From Candidatus Eiseniibacteriota bacterium (GTDB taxonomy: Bacteria > Eisenbacteria > RBG-16-71-46), in contig OY970342.1 of the NCBI GenBank assembly GCA_963717505.1, positions 640,001 through 704,000 of the forward strand: DNA of 64,000 nucleotides, read 5' to 3'. The notes beneath the pieces are model-generated. The model was not told the DNA's origin. It worked only from the letters and a program-made list of their open reading frames with translations, and made no database searches. The position numbers and the translations under genes are program-made. This document shows positions 21,111 to 31,204 of the stretch, piece after piece (positions within the stretch are counted from its first letter, which is position 1; the number at the start of each line of letters is the position of its first letter).

Positions 21111-21137
21111 AAGACGCAGAACCCCTGCGAAGTGTTA
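21111..21137 (-). promoter_or_regulatory. ECF-type autoregulatory promoter, copy 1
   Basis: TAACACTTC-GCAGGGGTT-CTGCGTCTT about 70 bp upstream of the sigma gene. Confidence 0.7.
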
Positions 21138-21196
21138 ACCGTGGAGTTTCCGGGATCCATCCGGGCCGGGACATTCGGCGCCCGGGGTCGGCCAGC

Positions 21197-24007
21197 CTAG
21201 CGGATGATCGCGACCTTGGCGCTGCTCGCGGCCCCTCCGGCGGCGAGCCAGACCACGTACATGCCGCTGGCCAGGCCGCCGGCGGCGAACTCGACTCGAT
21301 GGGTGCCGGGAGCAAAGGTCCCTCGCGCGAGGACACGAACCACGCGACCGGTCACGTCCAGGACCCGGAGGTCCACCGCTTCGGCGCGCGCCAGCCGGAA
21401 CTCCACCACTCCCGACTCACGAATCGGGCTCGGAAACACCGGTCTCAACTCGAGCGTGTGCTCGATCGCGGCGGGCTTCTCGTCGACCGCGAGCGGAACG
21501 GCATCCCACACGACGTAGGCCCATCCGCAGTTCTTCCCCGCCTGCCACTTGCGGTGGTCGAGCACGGCTTCGGACCAGTTGGTGCCGTAGGCTGCGTCGA
21601 GGAAGGGCAGCATCCACAGGTCGTCGGCTTCCGCCTTCCAGCCGCCATACTGCGACTCGAGGCGGACCTGCATGGCGTAGGCGGCGCGGTAGATCGCGTC
21701 GTCCCCCGCATTCCAGATCGGCAGGCCGCGCCGTTCGAGAATCCGGGCCGCCATGACCAGACCCTGCATGTGCTCCCAGGGATAGTTCGTCACCTCGGGC
21801 GGCACCTGGAATGGGCCGCCGCGCTGCATGTCGTCGGGAATCAGACCGTCGACGTTGAAGCCATTGAGCTTGGCGCCGGGTGGATTGATCAGAAGCGGAT
21901 GCGTCGAATCGGCGTGCCAGGTGAGGTCATCGTCGTAGAACTGTCCGGGATTCGGACCTACGACCGCCTGGATCCAGTAGTCGCGGATCTCGACCAGACG
22001 CGAAGAGTCGCCGAGATAGCCGTAGATCGCGGCGATCGTGCTGAAGGCGTTCGCGCCCCAGTTGTTGGGCCGTTCCCAAAATGCCTCGAGCAAGTGCCGG
22101 TCATCGTCCCCCTCCCAGATCTCGGCCATGTTCCGCAGCCAGAACTCGAAGGCGCTGGTTCGATGGCCAACCAGGTCGGCGGCCAGAACGTAGGCGCCGA
22201 GCTCTCGCGCCCATGGGAGCGACCGGCCCGTCGGCTTTCCGCCGGCCACCAGGGAATCGCAGGCGCGCGCGACGATGTCCCGGTAGTGCGTGATGCCGGT
22301 CCTGGCGAACACGATCCCGGCGGCAAGGGTCGCGATGTTGTGATTGCTGTTCTGGTCGGTGATGGTCGCGGTGTCGTGCTCGGCGCTGTCGGCGGCGATC
22401 AGGACCAGCTCCCAGACCACGCCGCTCGTGGGCTTGGCGGCGAGCTCGGCCGCCGTGGTCCAGAGACCGGGCATGATCCCGAAGCTGTTGGCGCTCGAGG
22501 CCGACCCGGTGGGGCTCGTGACACGAATCAGTCCGAGCGAAGTCCCGGGTGGCATCGCCGCGCGCAGCTGAGTGTCGTTGTCGATCGTGAATGCGGCCGG
22601 GAGCGAATTGAACGTCACCTCGGTCACCGCACTCAGGTCGCTCCCGGTCACCGTGAATTGCTGCCCGACCGTCCCGGCCGGAGGACTGAATCCACTGATC
22701 GTCGGCGCGCGTTGCTGGATGACCAGTTGGGGCGGCCGGGGACCTTCCTTCGAACTGTAGCCGGCGATGTCGGTCAGGTTGCTGACTAACCGAAAGCTGT
22801 GGATTCCGTTGCCGGCCACGACCGCCGTGACGTCGAACTCGATCCAGGCGTCGGGCGTCACCGCGCCGGCAACCGCCAGCACCGGGCCGGTCGGCGATGG
22901 AGCGTTGTTCCAGTTGAGGAAGCTCTCGACCCACGGCTGCGGGCCGGTCGAGTAGTTGTTCGCGGACACGTGAATCTTGCCGCCATCGCCGCTCCCGTCC
23001 ACGCAGAACAACCGGATCCTGGCGCTGGCCACCGAGCTGACCAACCCGGCGACGTTGAACTTGAGCAACGAATGGATTGGGGATGCCCCGCCGCGCAGCT
23101 GGAGCTGGGCGTCCGACCCATAGTTGACCCCGGGATTCGCGGCTTCGACGCGCGCATCGTGCACCGGCGCGAACGGCAGTTCGGGCTGAGGCGGCATCAG
23201 GACGAAGTCGGTCGAGCTGATGCCGGCTCCCCAGACATCCGTGATACGGATCGGTCCGGACTTGGCGCCGGACGGAACCGTGGCCCGGATCTGCGTGTCG
23301 GAGTCGACGACGAAACTCGCGGCCATGCCGTTGAACGTCACCGCGCCGGCACCCAGGAATCCGGTGCCGGTCACCGTGACCTCGGTGCCGGAAACTCCAC
23401 TCGCCGGGGAGAACCCGCCGACGATCGGCGGCACACCGATCAGGATCAGCTGCGGCGGATTCGCGCCCTCCTTCGAGTGGAAGCCCGCGATGTTGGTCGA
23501 GTTGCTGGTCAGGGCGAAGCTGTACGTGCCGTTGCCGGTGATCGCCGCGGCGACATCGAACTCGACCCACGTGCCCGCGAACACCTCGCCGTTCTGATCC
23601 AGGATCGGCCCGCTGATTGCCGGCGCGTTGTCCCAGGTCAGGCCGCTCTCGATCCAGGGAGTCGAGGTTCCGAGGTAGTTGTTGGAGACCGCTTGGATAC
23701 GACCGCCGTCGAGGCTTCCGTCGTCGCAGTAGAGTCGAACGCGCGCGCTGTCGATCGGTCCGGGGACACCGGCGATCGTGAACTTGAGATAGCTGTTGAT
23801 GATCGTGCCGCCGCGGATCCTCAGGGGCGTGATCGAGCCGTAGTTGACGGTCGGGTTGGCGGATTCGACGCGCGCGTCATGGATGGGCACGAAGGTCGAC
23901 GCCAGACTGGAGACGGGAGAAGAGAACTGTGGGGACGCAACCGAGCCCGCAGGCAGGCTCAGTGCCAATACCGCGATCGCCGCTGAGGGTGTCGTGCGCG
24001 TTGTCAT
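21197..24007 (-). CDS. Secreted 2x DNRLRE/CBM96-like + 2x IPT/TIG + alginate-lyase-like helical domain + C-terminal sorting domain
   Basis: Modules paralogous to those of the phytase gene (HDARV, SYLKF, SKEGANPPQL). Helical domain with ARELGAYVLAADL and NNWG. C-terminus VFPSP...DVTGR...SGMY. Confidence 0.75.
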   Translation of the reverse strand: MTTRTTPSAAIAVLALSLPAGSVASPQFSSPVSSLASTFVPIHDARVESANPTVNYGSITPLRIRGGTIINSYLKFTIAGVPGPIDSARVRLYCDDGSLDGGRIQAVSNNYLGTSTPWIESGLTWDNAPAISGPILDQNGEVFAGTWVEFDVAAAITGNGTYSFALTSNSTNIAGFHSKEGANPPQLILIGVPPIVGGFSPASGVSGTEVTVTGTGFLGAGAVTFNGMAASFVVDSDTQIRATVPSGAKSGPIRITDVWGAGISSTDFVLMPPQPELPFAPVHDARVEAANPGVNYGSDAQLQLRGGASPIHSLLKFNVAGLVSSVASARIRLFCVDGSGDGGKIHVSANNYSTGPQPWVESFLNWNNAPSPTGPVLAVAGAVTPDAWIEFDVTAVVAGNGIHSFRLVSNLTDIAGYSSKEGPRPPQLVIQQRAPTISGFSPPAGTVGQQFTVTGSDLSAVTEVTFNSLPAAFTIDNDTQLRAAMPPGTSLGLIRVTSPTGSASSANSFGIMPGLWTTAAELAAKPTSGVVWELVLIAADSAEHDTATITDQNSNHNIATLAAGIVFARTGITHYRDIVARACDSLVAGGKPTGRSLPWARELGAYVLAADLVGHRTSAFEFWLRNMAEIWEGDDDRHLLEAFWERPNNWGANAFSTIAAIYGYLGDSSRLVEIRDYWIQAVVGPNPGQFYDDDLTWHADSTHPLLINPPGAKLNGFNVDGLIPDDMQRGGPFQVPPEVTNYPWEHMQGLVMAARILERRGLPIWNAGDDAIYRAAYAMQVRLESQYGGWKAEADDLWMLPFLDAAYGTNWSEAVLDHRKWQAGKNCGWAYVVWDAVPLAVDEKPAAIEHTLELRPVFPSPIRESGVVEFRLARAEAVDLRVLDVTGRVVRVLARGTFAPGTHRVEFAAGGLASGMYVVWLAAGGAASSAKVAIIR

Positions 24008-24233
24008 TGAGGGCGTTGGTTGCGCGGGCGGGCGACGCGTCCGGTGCGGCCAGCCTGGAACCCATGACAATAGACTGCCGAAAGGCGATTGGGGTAGAGA
24101 AAAAGCCTCGGGACCGGGGGACGCGGCCGAGAGCGAGTTGCCGTGGAGTAGGATAGGATGCGGGCGCCCGCTGCTGCCCGAGGCGATGAAGTACTACCAG
24201 AAGCCGTAGCTCCACCTCCCCATTACCTCTCGA

Positions 24234-25586
24234 TTGCCTCCGCTCAGGATCCGCGCCGTCTTCGAAGCCTGGTGGCCGCTCGCCGCGAGCTGGCTGCTGA
24301 TGGGCCTCGAGCTGCCGCTGGTCAGCGCAATGATGGCGCGCATGGCCGATCCGACGCTGAGCCTGGCCGCTTACGGCGGCGTCGTGTTCCCCCTGTCGCT
24401 GATCATCGAATCACCGATCATCATGCTGCTCACCGCCTCGACCGCGCTGTCGCGCGATCGTCAAGCGTACCGGCTGATGCGCGACTTCATGTTCGTGACC
24501 GCCGGCGGGCTCACGGTGCTCCACGTGCTGGTCGCGTTCACGCCGCTCTACGACGTGGTCGCGGGCCACATCCTGGGCGTACCCCCCGCGGTGCACGAGC
24601 CCGGCCGCTGGGGCCTCATGATCATGACCCCATGGACGTTCTCGATCGCGTATCGGAGATTCCAGCAGGGTGTGCTCATCCGCTTCGGGCGTTCCCGCAT
24701 GGTGGGGCTCGGCACCCTCGTGCGTCTGGCGGCGAACATCATCGTCCTCGCGGCCGGCTGGGCCATTGGCTCGATCCCGGGAATCGTCGTCGGCACCGCG
24801 GCGGTCGCGGCCGGGGTGATCGGCGAGGCGCTGTTCTCGGCGATCGCGGTGCGTCCAGTCCTTCGGCACGAACTGCCCGAGTCCTCGGCTGCGGGTCCGC
24901 TGACCATGGCCGCATTCCTGCGGTTCTACCTGCCGCTCGCCGTCACGCCCATCCTGTTGTTCCTCGCCATGCCGTTCGCGAGCGGCGCAATGAGCCGGAT
25001 GCCGCGCCCGCTCGAATCGCTGGCCGTGTGGCCGGTATTCAACGGTCTGGTGTTCACGCTGCGCAGCACGACCTTCGCGCTGACTGAAGTCACGGTCGCT
25101 TTGCTCGAGCGACCGCGCGCGATTGCCGCCTTGCGCGGTTTCACGCGCAATTTGGCGCTGAGCCTGACCATTATCCTGGTGATCCTGGCGGCGACGCCGC
25201 TCGGCGGTCACTGGTTCGGCCGCGTTTCGGCGCTGGCGCCTGAACTCGCCGCACTCGGAGCGATCGGGATCTGGCTCGGTCTGCTGCAGCCGGCATTCGG
25301 CGCCTACATGAGCCTCTATCAGGGCGTGATCGTCCACAGCCGGCGGACGCGCGCAGTCACCGAGTCCATGGTCGCTTTTCTCGTGGTCGCGAGTGCGGTC
25401 ATGGTCGCGGGCATCGCGCTTCAACGCTGGACCGGGTTCTACGTCGCCGTGGCCGCGTTCACTCTGGGCGGCGCTGCGCACGTCGGTTGGCTGCGCTGGC
25501 GCTCGCGCGATGCACTCCGAGAAGTGCTCGCGGCGGACCGCACACTCGAAATTGGAGCTTCAACCGCGCTCCCCCGGGGCCGATAG
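24234..25586 (+). CDS. MOP-superfamily membrane transporter (ANKH/MATE-like)
   Basis: About 12 TM helices in two repeats (WWPLAASWLLM...LAAYG; FYLPLAVT...LAVW); YRRFQQGVLIR. TTG start. Confidence 0.7.
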   Translation: MPPLRIRAVFEAWWPLAASWLLMGLELPLVSAMMARMADPTLSLAAYGGVVFPLSLIIESPIIMLLTASTALSRDRQAYRLMRDFMFVTAGGLTVLHVLVAFTPLYDVVAGHILGVPPAVHEPGRWGLMIMTPWTFSIAYRRFQQGVLIRFGRSRMVGLGTLVRLAANIIVLAAGWAIGSIPGIVVGTAAVAAGVIGEALFSAIAVRPVLRHELPESSAAGPLTMAAFLRFYLPLAVTPILLFLAMPFASGAMSRMPRPLESLAVWPVFNGLVFTLRSTTFALTEVTVALLERPRAIAALRGFTRNLALSLTIILVILAATPLGGHWFGRVSALAPELAALGAIGIWLGLLQPAFGAYMSLYQGVIVHSRRTRAVTESMVAFLVVASAVMVAGIALQRWTGFYVAVAAFTLGGAAHVGWLRWRSRDALREVLAADRTLEIGASTALPRGR

Positions 25587-25594
25587 CTGATGGA

Positions 25595-26815
25595 ATGAAT
25601 CCTCGCCCGTCGCCCACGGCCGCCGACCCGGGTGGGTCGACCCCGTCCACTCCGCGTCCGAGCGTCGCGCGAGTCTCGACCATCCTGGTGGTCGAGGACG
25701 AGGAACCCGTCCGCTCCCTGCTCACCGAGCTGCTGGGCGGCGAGGGCTTCCGGGTGTTCGAGGCGTCCGACGGCCAGGCCGGGCTCGAGCTGGCGCGCGA
25801 GCATGTTCCGGACCTGGTGATCAGCGACGTCGAGATGTCGGGTTTGACCGGGCACGCGATGCTGCAGGCGTTGCAGACCGACCCGGCGACCGCGACGATT
25901 CCGTTCATCTTCCTGACCGGCCGGGCCAATCGCGACGACGTTCGATTCGGGATGACCCTGGGCGCCGACGACTACATTACCAAGCCGTTCGACCTGAACG
26001 AGATCCTGGCGGCGGTGCGCAGCCGGCTGGCGCGTCGCCAGGCAATCAAGAACCGTTTCGACGAGAAGCTCGACTCGCTGCGCCGCAACCTGCTCAGCTC
26101 GCTGCCCCACGAGCTGCGCACGCCGCTCACCGGGATTCTCGGCTACGCAGCGATCCTGCTCGAGCACCCGGACCAGATCAGCCGCGAGGAGCTGATCATG
26201 GCGGCGCAGGCGATTCGGACTTCGGGGGAACGGCTGCATCGCCTGGTCGAGAACTTCCTGCTCGACGCCGAGCTGTGGACCACGCCCGGACAGGGCGGCG
26301 AGCTGGCGCTGGTCGCGGGGCGGGTCGAGCCGGCCGACCTGCGCGCCTGCGCGAGTGACGTGCTGACCGCACGCGCCAAACTCCACAACCGGGAGCACGA
26401 CGCGCGGCTCCGCCTGCCGGCGTCGCTGGCCGCGATCACCGAGCCGCATCTGACCAAAGCGCTCGACGAGATCGTCGACAACGCGTTCCGTTATTCCCCG
26501 AGCGGCACCCCGATCGAGATCGTCAGCGAGCAGCTCGGCGACCAGGTCCGGCTCTCGGTAGTCGACTACGGCCGCGGGTTCACACCGGAACAGATCCGCG
26601 ATGTCGGCGCGTTCGTCCAGTTCGATCGGCGCCGTCACGAACAGCAGGGACTGGGCCTCGGCCTAGCGATCGCACTGCGACTGGCCGAGCGCTACGCCGG
26701 CGCCCTCGAAATCGAGAGCACCCCGGGAACCAGGACGGTCGTGACCCTGGTGCTCCCGGCCATGACGGCAGCGGCCTCGGATTCCGGAGAGCCGTTCCGA
26801 CTCAAGGCCGCCTGA
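25595..26815 (+). CDS. Hybrid response regulator/histidine kinase
   Basis: REC domain: ILVVEDE, PDLVISDVEM, ADDYITKPF. HisKA: HELRTPL. HATPase: NAFRYS, DYGRG, GLGLGL. Confidence 0.92.
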   Translation: MNPRPSPTAADPGGSTPSTPRPSVARVSTILVVEDEEPVRSLLTELLGGEGFRVFEASDGQAGLELAREHVPDLVISDVEMSGLTGHAMLQALQTDPATATIPFIFLTGRANRDDVRFGMTLGADDYITKPFDLNEILAAVRSRLARRQAIKNRFDEKLDSLRRNLLSSLPHELRTPLTGILGYAAILLEHPDQISREELIMAAQAIRTSGERLHRLVENFLLDAELWTTPGQGGELALVAGRVEPADLRACASDVLTARAKLHNREHDARLRLPASLAAITEPHLTKALDEIVDNAFRYSPSGTPIEIVSEQLGDQVRLSVVDYGRGFTPEQIRDVGAFVQFDRRRHEQQGLGLGLAIALRLAERYAGALEIESTPGTRTVVTLVLPAMTAAASDSGEPFRLKAA

Positions 26816-26839
26816 CCCCGACAGCCTGCCGGGCCCTCG

Positions 26840-27610
26840 TTACCGGGCGCTGGCCAGGGCGCGTCCGCCGTCGATGGCGTAGGTCGCGCCGGTGACCCAC
26901 GACGCCTCGTCGCTCAACAACCACAACACGAGGGCTGCGATCTCGTTCGCCTGCCCGACCCGCCCGATCGGATGCGTCGTCTTCGAGCGCTCGAGGAACG
27001 CCGGATAGTCGGCGATTGCCTGAGTCACGGTATGCAGCTCGGTGACCACGACTCCCGGATTGACGGCGTTCACGCGCACGCCGTGCGGCGCCAGATCGAG
27101 AGCGGCGCAGCGCGTGAGCTGATCCACGGCCGCCTTGCTCACGCAGTAGGCGGCGATGCCGGGATATGGTCGCGAGCCGGCGACCGACGAGATGTTGACC
27201 ACGGCGCCCTTCTTCTTGATCAGTTCGGGAGCCGCGCTCCGGGTGAGCAGGAACAGCGAGCGCAGGTTCGAGTCCATCATTCGATCCCACTCGGCGGGCG
27301 TGGTCTCCAGGAGTCCTCCGGAACCGATGACGCCGGCGGCGTTCACCAGCCCGTCGAGCGCACCGAACGTCGAGACTGTGTCGCGCACCCAGGCACTCGA
27401 GGTCTCCGGATCACGCACGTCGCCGGTCAGTACGAGTGCTTCGCCGCCCGAGGCTCGGATCGCAGACGCCACCTCGTCAAGCCGATCTCGCCGGCGACCG
27501 GCGCACGCGACCCGCGCCCCTTCGGCGCCGAGTGCTTTGGCGCACGCACGCCCGATCCCGCTCGATGCCCCGGTCACCAGAACCACCCGGCCCGCGAAGC
27601 GCCCGCCCAT
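26840..27610 (-). CDS. SDR family oxidoreductase
   Basis: TGASSGIG, NAAG, YCVSK, VNAVNPG. Confidence 0.93.
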   Translation of the reverse strand: MGGRFAGRVVLVTGASSGIGRACAKALGAEGARVACAGRRRDRLDEVASAIRASGGEALVLTGDVRDPETSSAWVRDTVSTFGALDGLVNAAGVIGSGGLLETTPAEWDRMMDSNLRSLFLLTRSAAPELIKKKGAVVNISSVAGSRPYPGIAAYCVSKAAVDQLTRCAALDLAPHGVRVNAVNPGVVVTELHTVTQAIADYPAFLERSKTTHPIGRVGQANEIAALVLWLLSDEASWVTGATYAIDGGRALASAR

Positions 27611-28818
27611 CAGATCCTCCCTTCAAACGTCCAACGCTCCCGCTCTTCGCGAATCGTCGATCGACCGTGGCGAATCAGATCGCGCGCCGCGGCGACTCGG
27701 TCCCAGACATTCCACATCAGCACGCCGCGCACCACGTCGTCTCGCAGGTAGAACAGCACGCCTTCGCGGAACGGCTCCTTCCACACGACGTCGACGTCGA
27801 GGCTCGAGTCGACGTCACCGACCGCCTCCCAACCCAGGTCGAAGAAATCGGACCAGAAGAACGGCATGTAGTCGTAGGCGCGGTTGGCTCCGGCCATATT
27901 GGCGCCCACCGCGCGTCCATGGTGCTCGGCGTGATCCCAGTGCTCGATACGGGTCCGCTTCTGCAGCGCCAGGTAGGGGAACTCGGCGACGTCGCCGGCC
28001 GCATAGACGTGATCCGCGCTGGTGTGCCCGAACTCGTCGACCTCGATGCCATTGCCGACTTCGATGCCCACCGCCTCGGCCAGGTCGACCGCCGGATCGA
28101 TGCCGACGCCGGCGACCACGATCTGGGTGGTCACGGTGTTGCCGAGCCGCGTCTGCGCTTCGATCAAACCCTCCCGCTCGGCGAACGACAGCACGGCGTC
28201 GCTCGACACCGTCTCGATGCCGCGCCGTCGATAGTCGTCGGCCACGTACAGCCCCAGGTCGCGCGGCAACACGCGCTGGAGCGGGTACTCGTGCGGAAAG
28301 ATGAACGTGACCTCGTGTCCGGCGTGGCGGAGTGCCGCGGCCAGCTCGGTGGAGATGAAGCCGCCCCCCAGCACCAGCACGTGCGAGATCCCGCGCAGCC
28401 GGTCTCTCAGATAGAGGTAGTCTTCGAGCGAACGGAAGTAGTGGATGCCTTCGATCGCGGAGTTGGCCGCGGCCAGCAGCCGTGGCTTGCCCCCGGTCGC
28501 GAGCAGCAGGCGACCGTATTCGTAGCTCTCACCGTGATCGTCCCAGACCGTGTGCTCGCCCGGATCGATCTCGGTCGCCTCGCGACGCAGCAGCAGCTCG
28601 ACGCCGTACTGACGGTAGAACTCGTTGTCGTGGACCGGCAGCTCGTCGAGCGTACTCTTGCCGAACCACAGGCCCTTGGACAGCGGCGGGCGCTGGTAGG
28701 GCGCGTAGTTCTCGCGCGACAGCACGAGTATGGTGCCTTGCGGGTCCTGCGCGCGGATGCCTTCGATCGCGCCGGCGGCGGCGCGCCCGCCGCCGATGAT
28801 GACGTAGGGGTAGTGCAT
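27610..28818 (-). CDS. FAD-dependent ferredoxin-reductase-like NAD(P)H oxidoreductase
   Basis: IIGGG, PYQRPPLSK, LLLATG, GGGFI, YAAGD, EHW, PFFWSD. Confidence 0.92.
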   Translation of the reverse strand: MHYPYVIIGGGRAAAGAIEGIRAQDPQGTILVLSRENYAPYQRPPLSKGLWFGKSTLDELPVHDNEFYRQYGVELLLRREATEIDPGEHTVWDDHGESYEYGRLLLATGGKPRLLAAANSAIEGIHYFRSLEDYLYLRDRLRGISHVLVLGGGFISTELAAALRHAGHEVTFIFPHEYPLQRVLPRDLGLYVADDYRRRGIETVSSDAVLSFAEREGLIEAQTRLGNTVTTQIVVAGVGIDPAVDLAEAVGIEVGNGIEVDEFGHTSADHVYAAGDVAEFPYLALQKRTRIEHWDHAEHHGRAVGANMAGANRAYDYMPFFWSDFFDLGWEAVGDVDSSLDVDVVWKEPFREGVLFYLRDDVVRGVLMWNVWDRVAAARDLIRHGRSTIREERERWTFEGRI

Positions 28819-28980
28819 CGAGGAGCTGACCCTTCTTTTGGTGCCGTTGCGTCTCGAGGACTCGCGTTTCCTGACGGGAATGTGACACGGCGCGGACTGG
28901 CGTGGAAGTTACCCGTGGCCGGCCGTGGTCGTCGGGCCGGTATTGGTTCCCGGGGTTACCCGCGGTGGTACGCTGCCCCG

Positions 28981-31203
28981 GTGATCGGCACCTCTCTTTT
29001 TCACTACCGAATCCTCGATCGCCTGGGCAAGGGCGGGATGGGCGTCGTCTATCGCGCACGCGACGAGCGACTCGACCGGGACGTCGCGATCAAGGTGCTG
29101 CGCGAGGGCGCACTCGCCGACACCGCCGCTCGAGAGCGATTCCGCACGGAGGCCGTGGCGCTCTCGCGTCTCAACCATCCGGGGATCGCGACCATCCACG
29201 CTTACGAGAACGACGGTGCCAGCGATTTCCTGATCATGGAGCTGGTCCCCGGCGCCACGCTGCTCGACCGCATCGCGGGTGGCCCCCTGCCGGAGCGCGA
29301 GGTGATCGCCCTCGGCGTCCAGATTGCCGATGCGCTCGAGGCCGCGCACGAGGCCGGCGTCGTCCATCGCGACCTGAAACCCGGCAACGTGATCGTGACG
29401 CCGCGAGGCCAGGCCAAGGTGCTCGACTTCGGCATCGCCAAGTTGCACGGGGCCAGCGCCGCGGTCGTCTCGGTGACCGGTGTCGCGATCGGCACCCCCG
29501 CCTACATGGCGCCCGAGCAGATCTCGGGCGGGCGGGCTGACGCTCGCACCGACGTCTATGCGCTCGCAGCCGTGCTCTACGAGCTGGCCACCGGTCAACG
29601 CGCTCATGCCGGCGACGACATCGCCGCCCTCGCCTACGCGATCGTCAACACGCCGCCGGTGCCGCCGCGCCGGCTGCGGCCCGAACTGACCCCGGCGTTC
29701 GAGCGGACCATCCTCCGAGCACTCGACAAACGTCCCGACCGGCGGCCGGCCAGCGCGCGCGAGTTCGCGCAGGAGCTGCAAGGCGTGGCCGAGGCGGCGT
29801 CCTCGCGCGACGACGGAGGCGGAGCAGTGCGGATGATCGCGGTGCTGCCGCTCGCCAACCTGTCGGGCGACCCGGCTCAGGAGTTCTTCAGCGACGGCAT
29901 GACCGAGGCGTTGATCACGAGCCTCGCTCAGATCGGCGCCCTGCGCGTGATCTCGCGCACGTCGGCCATGCGCTATAAAGGAGCGACTCAGACGCTGCCC
30001 GAGATCGGCCGCGAGCTGGGGGTCGACGCCGTGCTCGAGGGTTCGGTGCTCAAGGCGGGGGATCGGGTGCGCATCACCGTCCGGCTGAGCGACACCGCGC
30101 GCGACCATCTGCTCTGGGCGCACAGCTACGAGAGCGAGGTCGGCGACATCTTGTCGCTCCAGTCCGACGTCGCGCGCCATGTCGCGAGCGAAGTCCAGGT
30201 GCAGCTGACGCCCCGCGAAGCCGCACGGCTTGCCGGTGGACGCGCGCCCAATGCCAAAGCCTACGAGTCCTACCTCATGGGCCGCTTCCACTGGAATCGC
30301 CGAACGCCCCGCGAGCTGGAGCAGGCGCTGGTCCACCTCAAACGCGCGGTCGAGCTCGATCCCGAGTTCGCGCTCGCCTACGCCGGCATCGCCGACACCT
30401 ACAACATCCTCGGCGATCTGCATACCGTCCTGCCCCACGAAGCCGCGAGCCGGGCGCGGGCCGCGCTGTCGCGGGCGCTGGAGATCGACCCCGATCTCGG
30501 CGAAGCCCATATCTCGTTCGGCTTCGCGCGACTGTTCTACGACTGGGACTGGCCGGGGGCGCTGCGCGCCTTCGAGAAAGGCATCGCGCTCAATCCCGGC
30601 TACCCGACCGGACATCAGTGGTATTCCGAAGTGTTGTCCAGCGCCGGCCAGCACGAACGAGCGATTGCCGAAGCGGCGTGCGCCACCGAACTCGATCCGT
30701 TCTCGCCGATCATCGCGACCACTTTGGGCGACACGTACTTCTTCGCGCGACTCTACGACGAGGCCCTGGCCGCGATCCGGCGCGCGCTCGAGCTGGATCC
30801 GCAGTTCGTGCCCGCGAACAGCGACCTCGGCCGAACGCTCACCCAGATGGGCCGGCACGAGGAGGCAATCGCGGCGTTCGAGCACACTCTGGCGCTCCAG
30901 GGCGGCGAACGACTGGTGTCCGGCGGGCTCGGCTACGCGTTCGCCCGCGGCGGCCGGCACGACGAAGCTCGACAAATTCTCGAACGGCTGACCGCCGAGT
31001 CGCTCAAACGCCAGGTCTCGGCGCATGCGATCGCCGCGATCCACCTAGGGTTGGGCGAACACGAGGCGGCGCTCGACTGGCTCGAGCGCGCGTATCGCGA
31101 GCACGATCGCGCGCTGGTCTGGGTGCGCGTCCATCCGCGGCTCGACCCCTTGCGTGGCCACCCGCGATTCGAGGAGATCGTGCGCAAGGTCACGGATCGC
31201 TGA
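28981..31203 (+). CDS. Hanks-type Ser/Thr protein kinase with TolB-N-like and TPR domains
   Basis: GTG 28981; LGKGGMGVVY, VAIK, HRDLKPGN, DFG, GTPAYMAPE; IAVLPLANLS...FFSDGMTE; TPR repeats. Confidence 0.93.
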   Translation: MIGTSLFHYRILDRLGKGGMGVVYRARDERLDRDVAIKVLREGALADTAARERFRTEAVALSRLNHPGIATIHAYENDGASDFLIMELVPGATLLDRIAGGPLPEREVIALGVQIADALEAAHEAGVVHRDLKPGNVIVTPRGQAKVLDFGIAKLHGASAAVVSVTGVAIGTPAYMAPEQISGGRADARTDVYALAAVLYELATGQRAHAGDDIAALAYAIVNTPPVPPRRLRPELTPAFERTILRALDKRPDRRPASAREFAQELQGVAEAASSRDDGGGAVRMIAVLPLANLSGDPAQEFFSDGMTEALITSLAQIGALRVISRTSAMRYKGATQTLPEIGRELGVDAVLEGSVLKAGDRVRITVRLSDTARDHLLWAHSYESEVGDILSLQSDVARHVASEVQVQLTPREAARLAGGRAPNAKAYESYLMGRFHWNRRTPRELEQALVHLKRAVELDPEFALAYAGIADTYNILGDLHTVLPHEAASRARAALSRALEIDPDLGEAHISFGFARLFYDWDWPGALRAFEKGIALNPGYPTGHQWYSEVLSSAGQHERAIAEAACATELDPFSPIIATTLGDTYFFARLYDEALAAIRRALELDPQFVPANSDLGRTLTQMGRHEEAIAAFEHTLALQGGERLVSGGLGYAFARGGRHDEARQILERLTAESLKRQVSAHAIAAIHLGLGEHEAALDWLERAYREHDRALVWVRVHPRLDPLRGHPRFEEIVRKVTDR

Positions 31204-31204
31204 C

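Noticed and set aside
27436-28980. Apparent 515-aa N-terminal extension of the Ser/Thr kinase (1255-aa ORF)
   Set aside because: Antisense shadow of the SDR and reductase genes; the kinase begins at GTG 28981.
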